Assembly (NCBI GenBank): GCA_021613535.1 | Contig: CP075493.1 | Coordinates: 8,494,001 to 8,558,000 of the forward strand | DNA from: Adineta vaga | Taxonomy: Eukaryota > Animalia > Rotifera | DNA: 64,000 nt | Direction: 5' to 3' | Shown: piece by piece, positions 50,517-64,000 of the stretch | How positions within the stretch are numbered: the stretch's first letter is position 1 | Layout of the letters: each line of letters opens with the position of its first letter | Position numbers and translations under genes: made by a program | The notes under the pieces: generated by a model | Database searches by the model: none | The model's input: only the letters and a program-made list of their open reading frames with translations | What the model was told of the DNA's origin: nothing

Positions 50517-52877
50517 AAATAACGATGAAAGTTTTATTGTTTTTGATCTTGTTATTTATCATCGTTAGAAAAGATTAAAAACAAACAAAAAAGATTATAA
50601 TAAATAACAACCAGAAGAAAAGAATTTCATAAGAGTGATCTCTAATATTTCATTAGAAATATTACTGAAAGAATAATTTCGTTTTGAAGCACGCTCATCA
50701 TTATCCCGTGTAAAGTAGAATAGGGTTTTCATTGATACGTTAAAAGACTATTCTTTCAGCGTGAATAATTGAAATTAAATGCTATCAGATATGTATCACA
50801 CACATCCTTATGTTTATAAGCAGCAGTATGGATAAGTAACTGAGCAAAACTTTATATAGAATTTAGCTTGCTGACAAAAAAGTGTACACTTGTAGATAAT
50901 CGACCTTCATCACATACATTATCAGACGTCAAAAAAAAAACAATTTTGAAAGCAAATAGTATGATGTTTCGCTATGTAATGTATTTTTACGATAGTACGA
51001 AGATAAAGTCTAGACTATGTTTGAATCGAAAATAATGAAGGCATAACTGGAAATTGATCTAGACGTGTACTAAATTTATGAAAGTATTCTGCTGATCTTC
51101 GATTAGGTCATGGAAACGCCCGCTTATTTCTATTTACCTAATGAGTACAATAAGGAATATCAGAATTCTCTCTTCACGAAGTAACATGCTACACATTAAG
51201 GATATTCTTAAGATTATTTCAATTAAAAATATGATACAAAAAGATCACATCTAGACCGTTTTTGAAGAGTCTTCTTTAAATATTTTATTATGAACGAGAC
51301 GCCACAAGAAGGAAATCTTCAATATTCTCATGCGTGGGAAAGTATTTTGATAGACTTAATTGACTAACATGACACAAGTATGTTGAAATAATGGAAAAAC
51401 AACATGATTAAGTAGTAGGAGAAGGAAGTTCGATTTTCCGTTTTGTTAGAAAACTAATATTGTATATTTTTAATTTTGAATAATATGGAAAAAGAAAGTT
51501 TTAAACAATCATATATTTTGATTCAATGTTACAAAACATCATAAACAATTAATATTCAAAAACACATTGCTTTATTTGTTTTTGACATGCATCTAATAAA
51601 TCAAAAGACTCTATTAGGACGATCTTGTCTGATCAATCGATGTTTCCGATGTGTTGGATGATGTTACAGAATTTGTTTGATTAGTAGAATCATGTGTATT
51701 CGTATCAATCAATGATGTTGATACTTCCTGCTGTGCATCCGTAGTCTTAACAACATTAGAGATTTCTTTGAGGATAAAACAAATTATAGAATATATTTCA
51801 GATATTATTCGTAATCTTACTTTTATATGTACGAGGATCACTACCGTTTAAACTCATGAATAAATTTGATGATACAATAAATGAAGATGACACGTCTATT
51901 TCTATTATCGGCTGATGACCTACACTGAAGACGGAAGAGAATCGTTGCTCTTGATTTTTATAGAGATACGAGACTACGCTGACATTCTTTTTGTGAAAAG
52001 TATTTAGTCGACAGAACTATTTTAGTACTTTTTTTCTCTGTTTATTTCTTCCTCCTTTTGTTTTTGCTAAATTTTTCATAAGTATTGCATAAAAAGAAGA
52101 GTTCGTTGATAGTCTGCCAAAAACTTCGATCAATTCTCACTCTTCGCCTCTTCCTCTCTCTGAGTACGAGTTGCATGAACGAAGAAAATAAATACAAACC
52201 AATTATTCATAAAAGAAGTTCGGTTATATTCAACAAAAGAAAAGTCATTATATCAATATTCGTCTGTATGAGCTTGGATTTTGTGTCACCATCTCGTTTT
52301 TCTTTAATACTTGTTTTTTTAGCAAAAAAGAAGGAAAAAAAGTGCAACGAAAGAAAAAAAGAAGAAAACGCAAGAGAGTAAAGAAATACAACGAAAGAAG
52401 ATTTTTATGATTCTCATGTATGTGACGATGCGTGTTGTTCGCTGATGCAGTACATAGGACAGAGAGAGAGAGACATTCACACATGATTAACATCATCAAT
52501 AAAAGAAGAAACGAAAACGAGTTAGATTTAGAAACGAAAGAGAGAGAGAGAAGAGAAAACGAGAACATAAGAAACGTACACGTCAAAGGATAAGGATCAC
52601 AAGAAGAAACACGAGCCAATTTTCTCTGTGTCAATCAATTTGGTTGCTGGAAGACAGATGTTGATTTAGTCATTATGTTTACTCCGTTTAAAACGATGAA
52701 ATCAAGCAGACGAATAAAAGCATGTACAAAAACATGAGAAAGCAGCAACCATGAAGAAAAAATACACACACACACACACACGCACACAAATATATACGTA
52801 TATATTAGGTGACAAGAATAAAAAAATCGAGCATGTGGATTGTTGTTTAATGAATATTTCCTAGTCTGAAGATAATT

Positions 52878-55800
52878 TTATTTGACGCCATTGCTATGCT
52901 GTTTTGCGGGTCGTTGATCCTTTGGTCCGCCACCATTTATTGATTCGGATGTGGTAATATCATTGGATTCCATTCCATTATTGGATGATGGTTGTTGAAA
53001 TTTTTTCGCTGACATCTGTTGCGATTGTCCACCAATACCGTAATTCTCTTCGTAATATTCATGTTGATTGTTGTTCATATTATTGTTATTATACCGATAG
53101 TTATTACCGCCACGATTACCACGAGAATTACCATATCGATAACGTTGTGTTGAATACTGATCATTATACTGTTGTTGACCTTCTATATCATCAAACAAAA
53201 TAAAATTAAACAAGAAAAATTCAATTCTGTACTTACCATTAGATTCTTGAATATCATAAGTCGTACCTTCATTATCATTATTTCGACGACGATCATTATA
53301 TCCTAAAATAAAAGAATTCATAGTAAGTATAATTGGTTAGTTCTATTGGTTAATCACAGCAAGCATGCTTCTGTTATGATAGAAATAAAAAATGTATTTA
53401 TTTAGATACATGCGATCGGTTATCTTGTTATGTATCAATAAAGCAAAAAGAGAAATTAAAAACAAGCATCATTGATTATATGCACACCTTGGCGGTTAGG
53501 TATTGGTGGTCGACCACGTTTCCAGCCGCGTCGACCACCACGTCCACCAGCACCTCTCGGTAGCGTAGCCGAATTTATCATACTGTCAGTGCTATAACCA
53601 GCCTCTTGTTGTTGTTCACTCTCGACCTGTGCCGCCCAATCAGGAAATTTTCGACCGGTACTGACCGTCGATGATGTTGCATCACCACACTCGCTGGCTT
53701 CGTCTGTGAAGATAAATATTATTATCCTTATCTCTCATATATATGGCACAATTTCTTTTCTAATTTCATGAAAAAGACAAGAAAAGTTTCTAGATGAACA
53801 CTTACCACCAGTACCAGCATCACTTTGTGTGCCACCCCGATATAGATTACCACCAGCACCACGACGTCCACGATTACCATTGCCACCTGCGAAATTAGTT
53901 GATCGACGTGATTGTTGATTATTATAATTATCACCACGTTGTTGTTGTTGTTGTTGAGGATAAGATTGCTGTTGATAACCAGCATCACGATAATTTCGTG
54001 AATTACCAGAATTACTCATTCGATCAAATTCATAACTAAAACAACATATTCACAAAAATGATCTAGATCACAACTTAGTACAAAAGTTAATTAACTAACA
54101 TTTACATGAAGAAAAAGTAGCAATAATTTAAATTTGAATATTATTTAGAACTATTCAGCTGTCTAGTCAATTTTGGTAACTGTCTACAAATTTGTTTTAT
54201 AAACACAATCAAACTTTTTTCTTATCTCTTGTTTCATCACTAAACAACTTCTTCTAGCATTTCTCTCGCTTTATTTTCGTACCGTTGTTGTCGTCCACTT
54301 TGATAACCCATTCCTGCAGTGAAATTCATTGCAGTAGCTTGTTGTGGACCAGCAATAGTACGAAATTGTTCATTTACTTGAGTTTTCTTTTCTTGTAGTT
54401 CATCGAACTCCTACAAATATAAAATTTTTTAAATTTCAAATTAAATTATTTCATATTTAACTCTATACTTTTAAACAAGCCAAATGGTATTCAAGTAAAA
54501 CTTTTGCATTGGCAATACTCTCTGCGGTGCCAACGAAGATGAAGGGCACTTGACTCTAATTGAATCGAACGAAGAAGAATTTAGAATTCATACAAAATGT
54601 CAAAACATTTTCTATAACATACAGGATAACTACTTTCATCATGTGTTGTTGGTTGTTCATTATCTCCTTCAATTTTAACACGAACTACTCCACTTTTATC
54701 CACTATTTCTTGAATAATATGGCCTTTTTTACCAATAACTTTGCCTAAATTTAATCAATGAGAAAAAAGATCCTGTCGATCAAATCCTTTCACATATAAA
54801 GTTTGCAAACATACCTATAAGATCTCGCGGAATCGATACAACATCTTCAGTATACTCAAGTATATTACGTGCTTCTTTAACACCTTTTTCCGTCTAGAAA
54901 ATATATTCATTTACAATACAGTATCGAAGAAAAACTTCATTACATACCTCACCAAATACTTTAATCGTACAAGTTTCATCTTCAACTTCAATAGCTGTAA
55001 CACCTGGCACTTCACGTGCTTTGGCAATATTTGATCCATGTGAACCGATGGCAAGACCCATTAACTCAGTTTTAACAGTAAATTTTTCAAAGAATTTTGA
55101 CGTTTGATTAACCTTGATTCGCTAAAGAGAAATGATTGTTTGATTAAATATAATTATTTATTTAGATTTTACTTCAAGTTGTTTTGAAACTTTTTCAGTT
55201 TCTTGGACGAGTTTGGCTTTTGAACGTAAATTTCGAAAATGCATTTCAGATAATATTTGAGCACGACGAAGTGTACTGTCATTGTCAGACTATCAAATAA
55301 AACAAAATTTTAAATCATCTATGCAAAGATGAATGATCAGACATACGATAACAATAAGACATTCTTTCGTTTTGTCATATCGAACGGCTGCAGCACCCAA
55401 TGTTTTCTTAAAATCTTTATGATTTGATGGATTATTACATCTACAAATGAATTTTTGCTTGAAATGAAACTAATCAAACAATATTATACATACGCTTCTT
55501 GACTCTCTTTAGGAACAGGTAATTCTATCCGTTTAAACATTGAATAAGTTATTGGTGGACTAAACAGAAGTAAAACAAAAGAATGAATATATATTTCGTA
55601 GATGATGGAAAAAAAACTTTTTACTTTGTGTTCGGATAGCGAATTCTATCACTAGGTACAATATCCGAATAAACAGAGCCTTGAGCACTACCTTTATAAT
55701 CAACAACAAAAAAATCGCCTTTAAACATTTTAGCAGTAGCTGGCCACCAACCAAGTGGTTCATCATCTTTAGCTTTTGCCAGAACCTAACAAAGAAATTA

Positions 55801-56155
55801 AGATTTGACATGTTTGATTTGTCTTCTATCAATTGATATTTCATACTTCACATGCGTCGCCAGGTGATAATTTTTTAAGATCACTTGGTTCAGGTGGTAG
55901 ACGAACACGATTATCAGAAAAGGGAATTTTAGTTGGAGGGAGGAAACTACAAAAAATGAAAATAAATAGGATTATTCAATATAAATATGTTTCAATTTAC
56001 TCTTGATCATATTTGACATCAATACCGGTTGTATCCACATCATGAACACATGCCTAAAAGAAAATAGTTTGATTTCTAACAATAATATCAAAAAAGAAAC
56101 ATACTTTGTAGTAGGCACCATTGGGATGTCCCACTTCAACGTTGAGATCGTTCAT
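52878..56155 (-). CDS. FMR1: Fragile X mental retardation protein family (tandem Agenet, KH1, KH2, RGG)
   Basis: Start [17 protein letters not shown]; [21 protein letters not shown]1 [28 protein letters not shown]2 [36 protein letters not shown] exon at 53488-53703. Confidence 0.95.
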
Positions 56156-56794
56156 TTGTATTTATTCGAAAGAATTTTCTTTTCAAATCAGATCAAACGC
56201 CTTATAGAGGCGAGAATAACAATACGAAGAAATGTTTCTTTGTATGAATACACTCTAATACATGCAATTGACAATCGCTGACGATGTTCTTTTTTCTTTG
56301 ATTTGCTTAATGATCAATATAAGGAGATAATATCTAGAAAATAACCTTAGATTATGTAATAAAACTTCATAACCTTCTGTCTATATACACAGTTTGTAAG
56401 GGAAATGTTTCTACTGATTTCAGTCATAATCTGATGAATAATAACAATATTTTTCTCTTATGTAAAAAAAAAGAATTAGAACAGGAAAGTGAAGTGAACA
56501 AACGGAAGACTTGTTTGTTTATTTACTTTTCTTCTTTTTGTCTCAAATACGGATTTGTTAAGAAATTACTTATTGGTAAATAACGGAATGGCCTCTGTGA
56601 ACAAAAAATACTCAAATTTATCGAATATTTCATATTTGTTTTTCAGTACATTTACATCAACAACTAATTTGACTAGATATTATCTTGATATGAGAAAGAA
56701 TTTTTTTTGCAGATGTCGCTCTTTTACATAATGTAAAATGAAAGTACAAAAAACGAGAAGAACATATATATATATATATATTTAATGTGATATT

Positions 56795-57327
56795 TCATGA
56801 TGATTGGTTTCTAATGGATTCATCAGTGGACGGCGCTGAATTTGAAGTAGCTGGCGAACGATCAACTATTTCATCTGTATTCGTTTCGATTGTTTCTTGA
56901 ACTGTTTGTTCATATGTTGGTGGTTTATCAGAACCATTTGATATCATAGAAGTATATCGAGGTGGATATGAATAATCATATGTACCTTGTGGAAATTGAT
57001 CATTATTATAAATTGGAACTATTGTTGCCATGTAAGCTTGTTGTTGTGCTGAAAAACCAATAAGGAAAAAAATCGAATTTTTAATCATTGATTCTTCTCA
57101 CCTCGTCTTAACTGCTTTTGTCGACATCGAACATATACATATACAAGCGCAAGGATTAATAAGATAGCTAATGGTACAATAATCCCTACAGCACTAAAAA
57201 TAATTATACAAGGAACGATAATTTGAATAGTTGTATGATGTTTCAGTCAATTTTCTTACATGTAAGTTGACAAATGAGATGAACAGTATTCATATCTATT
57301 ATTATCACCATCAAAACACACAGCCAT
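56795..57327 (-). CDS. Small single-pass membrane protein with two PPxY motifs (Shisa-like/WBP1/VOPP1-type adaptor), 3 exons
   Basis: MAVCFDGDNNRYEYCSSHLSTYI|AVGIIVPLAILLILALVYVYVRCRQKQLRR|AQQQ...YPPRY...PPTYEQ. The splice phases are consistent. Confidence 0.7.
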
Positions 57328-59422
57328 TTTGCTCTAGTTAAATTCAATGATATATAAAATAAACACACCCTCAATAAATAAGTTATGTCTTTTTCTCAAA
57401 TGAATAATGTTCTCAGTTGATTCTGCTCCCTCCATATAATCAACAATACAGTTTTTTTTCGGTTTTTTTCCTCTCATTCTCTTTCATTAAATGTAATAAA
57501 TATATGTAGAAAAAAAACAGAAGAAGCGTATCTTTTTCAGCCCTGTACCTGTCAATAGCCCTTAGAGAACGACATACAGGTGCATTCTGTTGACTCGGCG
57601 TTACGCTTTATGCCCATAGAAATCAATGAATTCGTAATTATTTGAAAAAAAAATCGAGAAGAGAATCCTTACCTTCACCCAATCGAAATATCCTTGACGT
57701 TTTTTTTTCTTCACATATGTAACGAAAGAATAATTTGTCATTCTTTAAAACACACTTTTTCTTTTGGTAATAGAAGATATGTATACTCGATAATGTTGAA
57801 TATAATAAAATGATTCGAGAAGTGAAATCATCATTGTTTTAATTCTTGAGATAATCATCGTAATTGAAAATGAATATGTATATATGAACCAAGAATACAG
57901 ACAGAAATTTGATATGAATCAAAAATGAAATATGAATATATTTGTTTATCAATTTTCATATCTTTTTCCGTTCAATTAGAGTATTTTATACAGGTCTTCT
58001 TTAATTTTGACTTTCACAGCTTTAAAATAGCTGATCATGTGTCTATATATGATGATGAAAAACGAAATATGACTATTATAATTTTAATGATGAGCTTTGA
58101 ACTTTGTCTAAATATTATTTTTGATCGTTATATACGTTTTATCAAAGTCGAATTTGCTTATATAACCAATGATGACATCGTTTTGTTCACATATAGCATT
58201 TGAGAGACGAATAATTTCGATAAGTTTTCGTTTCTATTTGTACTTCTGAAACTTATGATAATTGTTCGAAGAATAGCATCTTATAGTCCTATATACTAGA
58301 TAAAACCTAACAATATATAATCAGCAAATACAAAGTGGTCCTAAATGTTTAACATTAGTAGTGAAAAGAAAAATACAATTTTGATTTCCGTACTTCATAA
58401 GGAAATGATTCCGATTTACTCTAACAATCGAAAAACGCATTTTCTTTGTCTCGTTCAAAGAAAGGAAGAAGTTTCATAATCAACTGCATTAATGTATCAT
58501 TTAACACAAAGTGAAAAAGATAAATTCAAATATAACTACATAATTTGTTTCTTTTATTCATCAGAATCGATCGAAGATAAATGTGAATAGAAAAACAGAG
58601 AGAAAGAGAGAAAAAAACAAGAAATAATAATAATTTCATCAATTGCTCATGTTTTGTTTTTCGAGGATAAACACCATTTTTTATAGCTGACAATCAATCA
58701 AGACGATACAAATCAAAGAAAAGGAACAAAAGACAATTTTTATTTTCACACATAAACACACATTAATATTTTGTAAACAAATTCGAGATTTTTTTCTCTC
58801 TTCTTTTCTTTCCGTCCATAGAAGCAGCAGAACAAAAAACAATAGACAAGATACGTGTAATTTTTTCGTGTGCAAAGAATTATCAGACATTTGATTTCAA
58901 AGAGAAGCAAAAGAAAACAAGAAGTGCAACACTTTTTTGTTTCTGTATATATGCAAAAGAAAACAAAAAAAAAGGAAAAAGAATATGAATGAATAAACAA
59001 TCACACATTCGTCTAATCTACTACAGTCTAACTCATGCAGAAAGAAAAAAAGAAACAAAGAGAGATAGAGAGAGGAAAACACATTGAAGATATACATGAC
59101 CTGCGCACGTTCAGGTATCACTGAGACCGTGCAAAAATTTGCCTAGATTGGAAGCAATAAGAAAGATTTCCTGATAAATCTAAGAGAGGGGATAGAGCAC
59201 CACCCACTTTGGAAAAAATAAATGCGGGTAGAGAAAGAGAAACGACTACAACCACAGTGAAGAAGAAGAAGAAGATATAGATGGTAAAGATTTTCTCTCA
59301 TTTTTTAAAAAACACACAAACTCACTGTTGATGATTAATGAACAAAGAAAGAAAGAAAGAAAGAAAATTGCGAGACGTTATATACACACAAATATCGATA
59401 TTTGTTTTCTCTTTCAGTAATA

Positions 59423-61988
59423 TTATTGACCTTTAACCCAAGCATGTTCTAGTAAGGATTCAAGTGATGGACGTCGATCAGGATTTTGGGCAAGACAACG
59501 TTGAATTAAATTTTTCAATTCTGCTGACATATGTGGTCTAAGAACTAATTTATATCCAGTTATTTCATCTTCATTTTCAAATGGTAAACTACCACAAACC
59601 TAAAACAAACAAATTAAGATTGAATGAATGAAAATGTAAAAAACATTTTTAACGTACCATATCATATAATAGTACACCGAGTGTCCATACTGTCGATGGA
59701 ACACCTGTATAACGTTTTTTCAAAATATATTCGGGTGATTTGTACTGTTTTGTTCCATGGAAATCTGAATAATAAGATGTTGTCGATTTATAAATGGCAC
59801 TAGCACCAAAATCGATTAATACAAGTGATTCGGATTCAAGATCAACTAAAACATTTTCACTTTTAAGATCACGATGAACAACGCCTTTTCTAGAAAAAGA
59901 AATAATAAACAATATAGAATACATATATATATATATATATATATCATTCTATACAAATTAATAAGATATAAAAGTCTATTAACTCAAATGATGTAATCGA
60001 TCGAGTATTTCCATCAATCATTATTCGAGAAGAGAACAGCTGCGACGAACACTTCACATATGTAACTATTAGTGTCTTTTGATTACTATTATATTAAAAT
60101 TTTCTAGTGACTCGTCGTCATCGTCTGAAGTTCACACACTCGCTTCAAGTTACATTCACATTCAATAACGTTTGATAACTGCGGGGTTCTATGATTTATT
60201 TCTCCTTCAGCGTACTTTCTTCATTATACTTACGATAGTTAACAAAAATTTCTTCGTCATTCATATGAACATCTGTTGTATCTTCGAGGGTTACTTTCCA
60301 GTAATTTAGTTCTATATCATCATTTATTTCAATGAACCTTGAGATAGTCTAAACAGTACTTGATCTCAATAGTGTCTTCAATGTAGGTCTGATGCATATC
60401 TTTTTTTCCCTCTCCCTCTCTCTCCCGCTTCTGCTGCTGATTAGTATCATCACTTTGGTTATTTGTTTATGATTTAATCTTACCGTAACATGGCTAAATT
60501 GATATGAACTAATTGTTGAAAGAATTTTCTTGCTGTTGCTTCACTAAGACGTCCACGATCTTTCGACTCTAGATAATCGAATAGATCTTGACAATTACGT
60601 AAACGTTCCATGACTAATATCCAATGTTGACCATTCTCAAAATAATCATACACATGAATAACACCTGACAAGATGAACAAATAGTTTTTGTATTATGAAA
60701 AGAAAAATTACAAATGTTGAATTTCTACCTTGTATTTCATGTACAGCTTTATGTAATAAAATTTCAGCTGGATATTTTTTCTGACTAATCATTAACCAAT
60801 TTTTTGTTTTTTCTTTTGGAATAAATTTGACTACTACTTGTTTATTGTCACTCAAACGAATACCTTCATGAATATCAGAAAATCCTCCACTGCGAACGAA
60901 ATCACCCAATTGATAATAATCACAAAAATTTGATTTTATTACATCGAATCGTACCATATTAAATAGACTTTGTTCAATTGTTAATGTATCGACCATAGGT
61001 GAATAATTTGGTGTTTTTGAAGACATTGGTACGGATGTATTCGAATTTGTAGTTGGATTATTTGGTGTACGTGTATGGCTTATGAGAAGATCTTTCTTCG
61101 TTGTTAATGACAATGATGACGATGATGATGATGAAGATGTATTTGAACAACTGGATGGAAACTGTAATGGATCATTTTCATATGGACGATATGTATTGAA
61201 ACGTTTCGTCAGGGATGTTGAAGAATTTTGTTCACTAGCATTGCTTGAAGATGATGCTGGTGGTTGATCTTGATCACGATAAATTCCGACGGGTAAGATA
61301 CGTGTTGACATGAATGATGGTGTTTCAATAAATTCGTTTAAAGATGATGTTGAAGATGAGGATGAAAGAGAAAAAACTGCTACATTATTTTCACGATGTT
61401 CATCATTAGTGTGCAAGGATGATGTTGATGTTGATGACGACGATGATACTGAGTCAACTTCGGATAGTTTGTTGTTGTGATCTTCTAGAAAACAAAAAAT
61501 AAAATACAATCAATAGATGCCTGAAATACATTTGAAATTTTAAGAAAATGTAAAAAAACTAGGTACATCTAAGCACACACACATGCGCCTGTTCTGTTTG
61601 CTTGGTTTGACCGTTTAGAAGCAATGTACAATCAGCTATTATTTCTTCTTCTTTTTTTCTTTCTTTCTTTTCTTTCTGTAACTGGTCGGTCGATGTCCAG
61701 CGAAGGCATATGTATACGCGACAACACTTCACCGAATTTTTCTTTTCTTATTCTCTCTTCTTCTTCTTCTTCTTCTTCTTTTTTTTCTTTGCACTAACCT
61801 ATTTTATATGTATATACACACTCACTCGTTCGACAGCTGAAACGAATATGCACTCGTCCGTCTACAGTTGAAGCTGTCCGTGGATACACTATTTTTCTCT
61901 TGTCTTGACACTTCTGCTGTCTCCTTTTCTCTCTTGTCAGTGCAATAATTTTTTTCTCTTCTCTTTGCATTTTCTTCTCTTTTCTCAT
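59423..61988 (-). CDS. PIM-family Ser/Thr kinase with long Ser-rich N-terminal extension
   Basis: Motifs [59 protein letters not shown] and [15 protein letters not shown]. Stop at 59423. The 5' exon (61799-61988) splices in phase 1, but the true start is uncertain. Confidence 0.88.
61757..61780 (+). repeat. (CTT)n microsatellite; similar (CTT/GAA)n and (TA)n tracts elsewhere (e.g. ~13910, 30643, 59924)
   Basis: Directly visible simple repeats. Confidence 0.8.
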
Positions 61989-64000
61989 CCAATACTATTA
62001 TAGCGCATATACGTTCAAGGTTTCTTCTTTACATGGGTACACACACACACTCCAATCTGTCACATACTTTCTAGCTGATGTTGTAGTTAAAGTTACGTAA
62101 TGCAGAAGAAGAAAAAAATCGAGAGAAAAAGGAAAAGAAGTGTCAAAAACGATTCGTTGCTTGATGGTTGCTTGTTGAGCAGACGAATGTATTGATGGAC
62201 GATGCCGCTAACCGCAAAGAAAGAAAAAGAATTGCGTATTAGAGAGGGAGGGAGTGAGAAAAAAAAATCAAGGAAGAAAGAACTATCATATGAGACAACG
62301 ACGAAGAGAATAAAAACAGAAAGAGAACAGTTTCTTCATTAGTAGAAGAGGACGAAGAAAAAAAAATCGTGAAAAGACAAGAAGAAAAAGAAGTTTGCGG
62401 TCGACTGTCGAGGCTGTATAGAATAAACATGCTTGCTCAACCCACGCGTCGAAACATACGGTTTTGACGATAGTGATTCGTAACTAATGCAAAGAAACGG
62501 AGAGAGAGAAAAAAAATCATATGTTTCATTTTTTTTCTCTTCTTCTTACTCCATGTTGTATATGATACATGGGACAAGGTCGTCGAGACTTTTGTATGTG
62601 TTCAAACAAGCAGATTAATTCAATTTCTCTTTTATCAATAATAAAAGAGAGGGAAAAAAGAAGAGAACGTCCTTGTAAGGACATATCTCAAAGTCTAACA
62701 ACAAAAAACAAAACTTCTTTGTTTCTTTCTATTTATCTATCTTCGATAACTTTCTTTTATTGACTTTTACTAGTAGTATCAGGACCTTGTCATATCGCCA
62801 ACACTATGTTCTATACTGTTCGACTAGGATATATATAACAACCTTGCTGTTCAATATGTGATCTATATAAGCAACGGATCGAACATAAGAGTAAGAGACA
62901 GAAAAATGTGTAATTAGCCATAAAACCTTGGTATATACATTGCGACTAAACGATCAATCGATGAAAGAAATTCAAGGATGAATAACGAGTGAAAAAAAAA
63001 CCGAACGAATGAAAGAATGAATGAGAAGGAAAAAAAATTAAAATAACAGTTTTTCTTTTTTTTTTTTGAAAAGCAATTTATTTAGTTGTCATGTCGAGGC
63101 GGTGATGTTGGCTGCTATGATAAAATATACACAGCAACGATAAACGAACAAATACAAAAGAAACATCTGTTGTCTATGTAAACATACCAACAGACAGAAC
63201 TAGTCGATTCTTGCTCGAGAAAATAACAGAGGATTATTGACTAAGCAAACTATCCTAACAACCAATCCTTATGATTATTATACAGGTGATATGAAATCAA
63301 AAACTAATGTTTTTTTCATTGATTCAAACAAACTTACTTGATTTCGATGGCAATGTTGCTATCATTGTTTCTCGAGTAGATTTGCATAATTGTCTTACAT
63401 AATAGGGTAATCGATTTGTCAGAGATACTGACGAATGATTACGAACATTATTGATCTCAGATACAGCTATTGATTGTGCCATTGATAAAATGAATATAGT
63501 GATGATCGATGAAGCGCAACTATTGTTTTTGTGTTTTTCTTTATAACAATGTCGTTTTATTCTCGGTAAACAAATGACTGTTTGTTAGTTGACAACATAA
63601 CATAATCTATACGATAGTCATGAAAATAGTCGAAATCAAGGAAGTTAGAAAGAAAAAAAATAAGCGAGAAAAGAAAAAAAGAACCTTCTTTGTTCTCTCT
63701 TTTTACTACTAATTTCTTAATTTAACATATAAAAGAAAAGATACAATTCATCTTTTTTTCTGTTCTTACGGAAGAATAATACTTAGAGAGCATGAACATA
63801 AAGATACGAATAGTATATTATGTATAGATATCATTTGCCTTAGGGAAATAGAAAATAATAATTAGATAAGAAGAAAACTATTGATATAATAATCTACTTT
63901 TTCTAGACATCACTTATTCTTACCTATTGATATAGTATTATTCACCATATCACTTAAAAATTGACTGGATTTGCTTTTGAAAAATCGAAGTAATCCCATG

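Noticed and set aside
57925-59121. Hydrophobic short ORFs downstream of the PIM kinase
   Set aside because: Translations of U-rich 3'UTR or intergenic sequence with no coding signature.
62000-64000. Purine-rich region upstream of the PIM kinase
   Set aside because: No supportable gene or repeat structure; probably promoter or 5' intron sequence.

Overview
This is very AT-rich (roughly 28-30% GC by eye), gene-dense eukaryotic genomic DNA with many GT-AG introns of about 45-65 nt. Together with the metazoan gene set, this strongly suggests a bdelloid rotifer (Rotaria/Adineta-like); the taxon is my inference. I spliced about 24 protein-coding genes by hand. Recognisable genes: a two-pore K+ channel, a Y-box protein, an IAP (3 BIR-UBA-RING), cathepsin L, syntrophin, NSA2, CSTF2, a DIDO1/PHF3-like PHD-TFIIS-SPOC protein, PSMA3, an NKAPD1-like protein, a diacylglycerol kinase, WDR54, RPS18, FMR1/FXR and a PIM-like kinase. 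There is also a LolA/ependymin-like membrane protein, a claudin-like protein and several orphans. Most notable: (1) a bacterial-type PLP group II amino-acid decarboxylase with one spliceosomal intron, sitting among housekeeping genes (HGT candidate); (2) a fungal-type N-domain/TPR/SET protein; (3) a C1-less minimal DGK; (4) a one-base frameshift in BIR3 of an otherwise intact IAP; (5) an operon-like K2P to SAM-like gene junction suggesting SL trans-splicing; (6) a degenerate ~100-bp-arm inverted-repeat element; (7) a shared extended CCAAT motif in head-to-head promoters. No rRNA, tRNA or CRISPR array was recognised.
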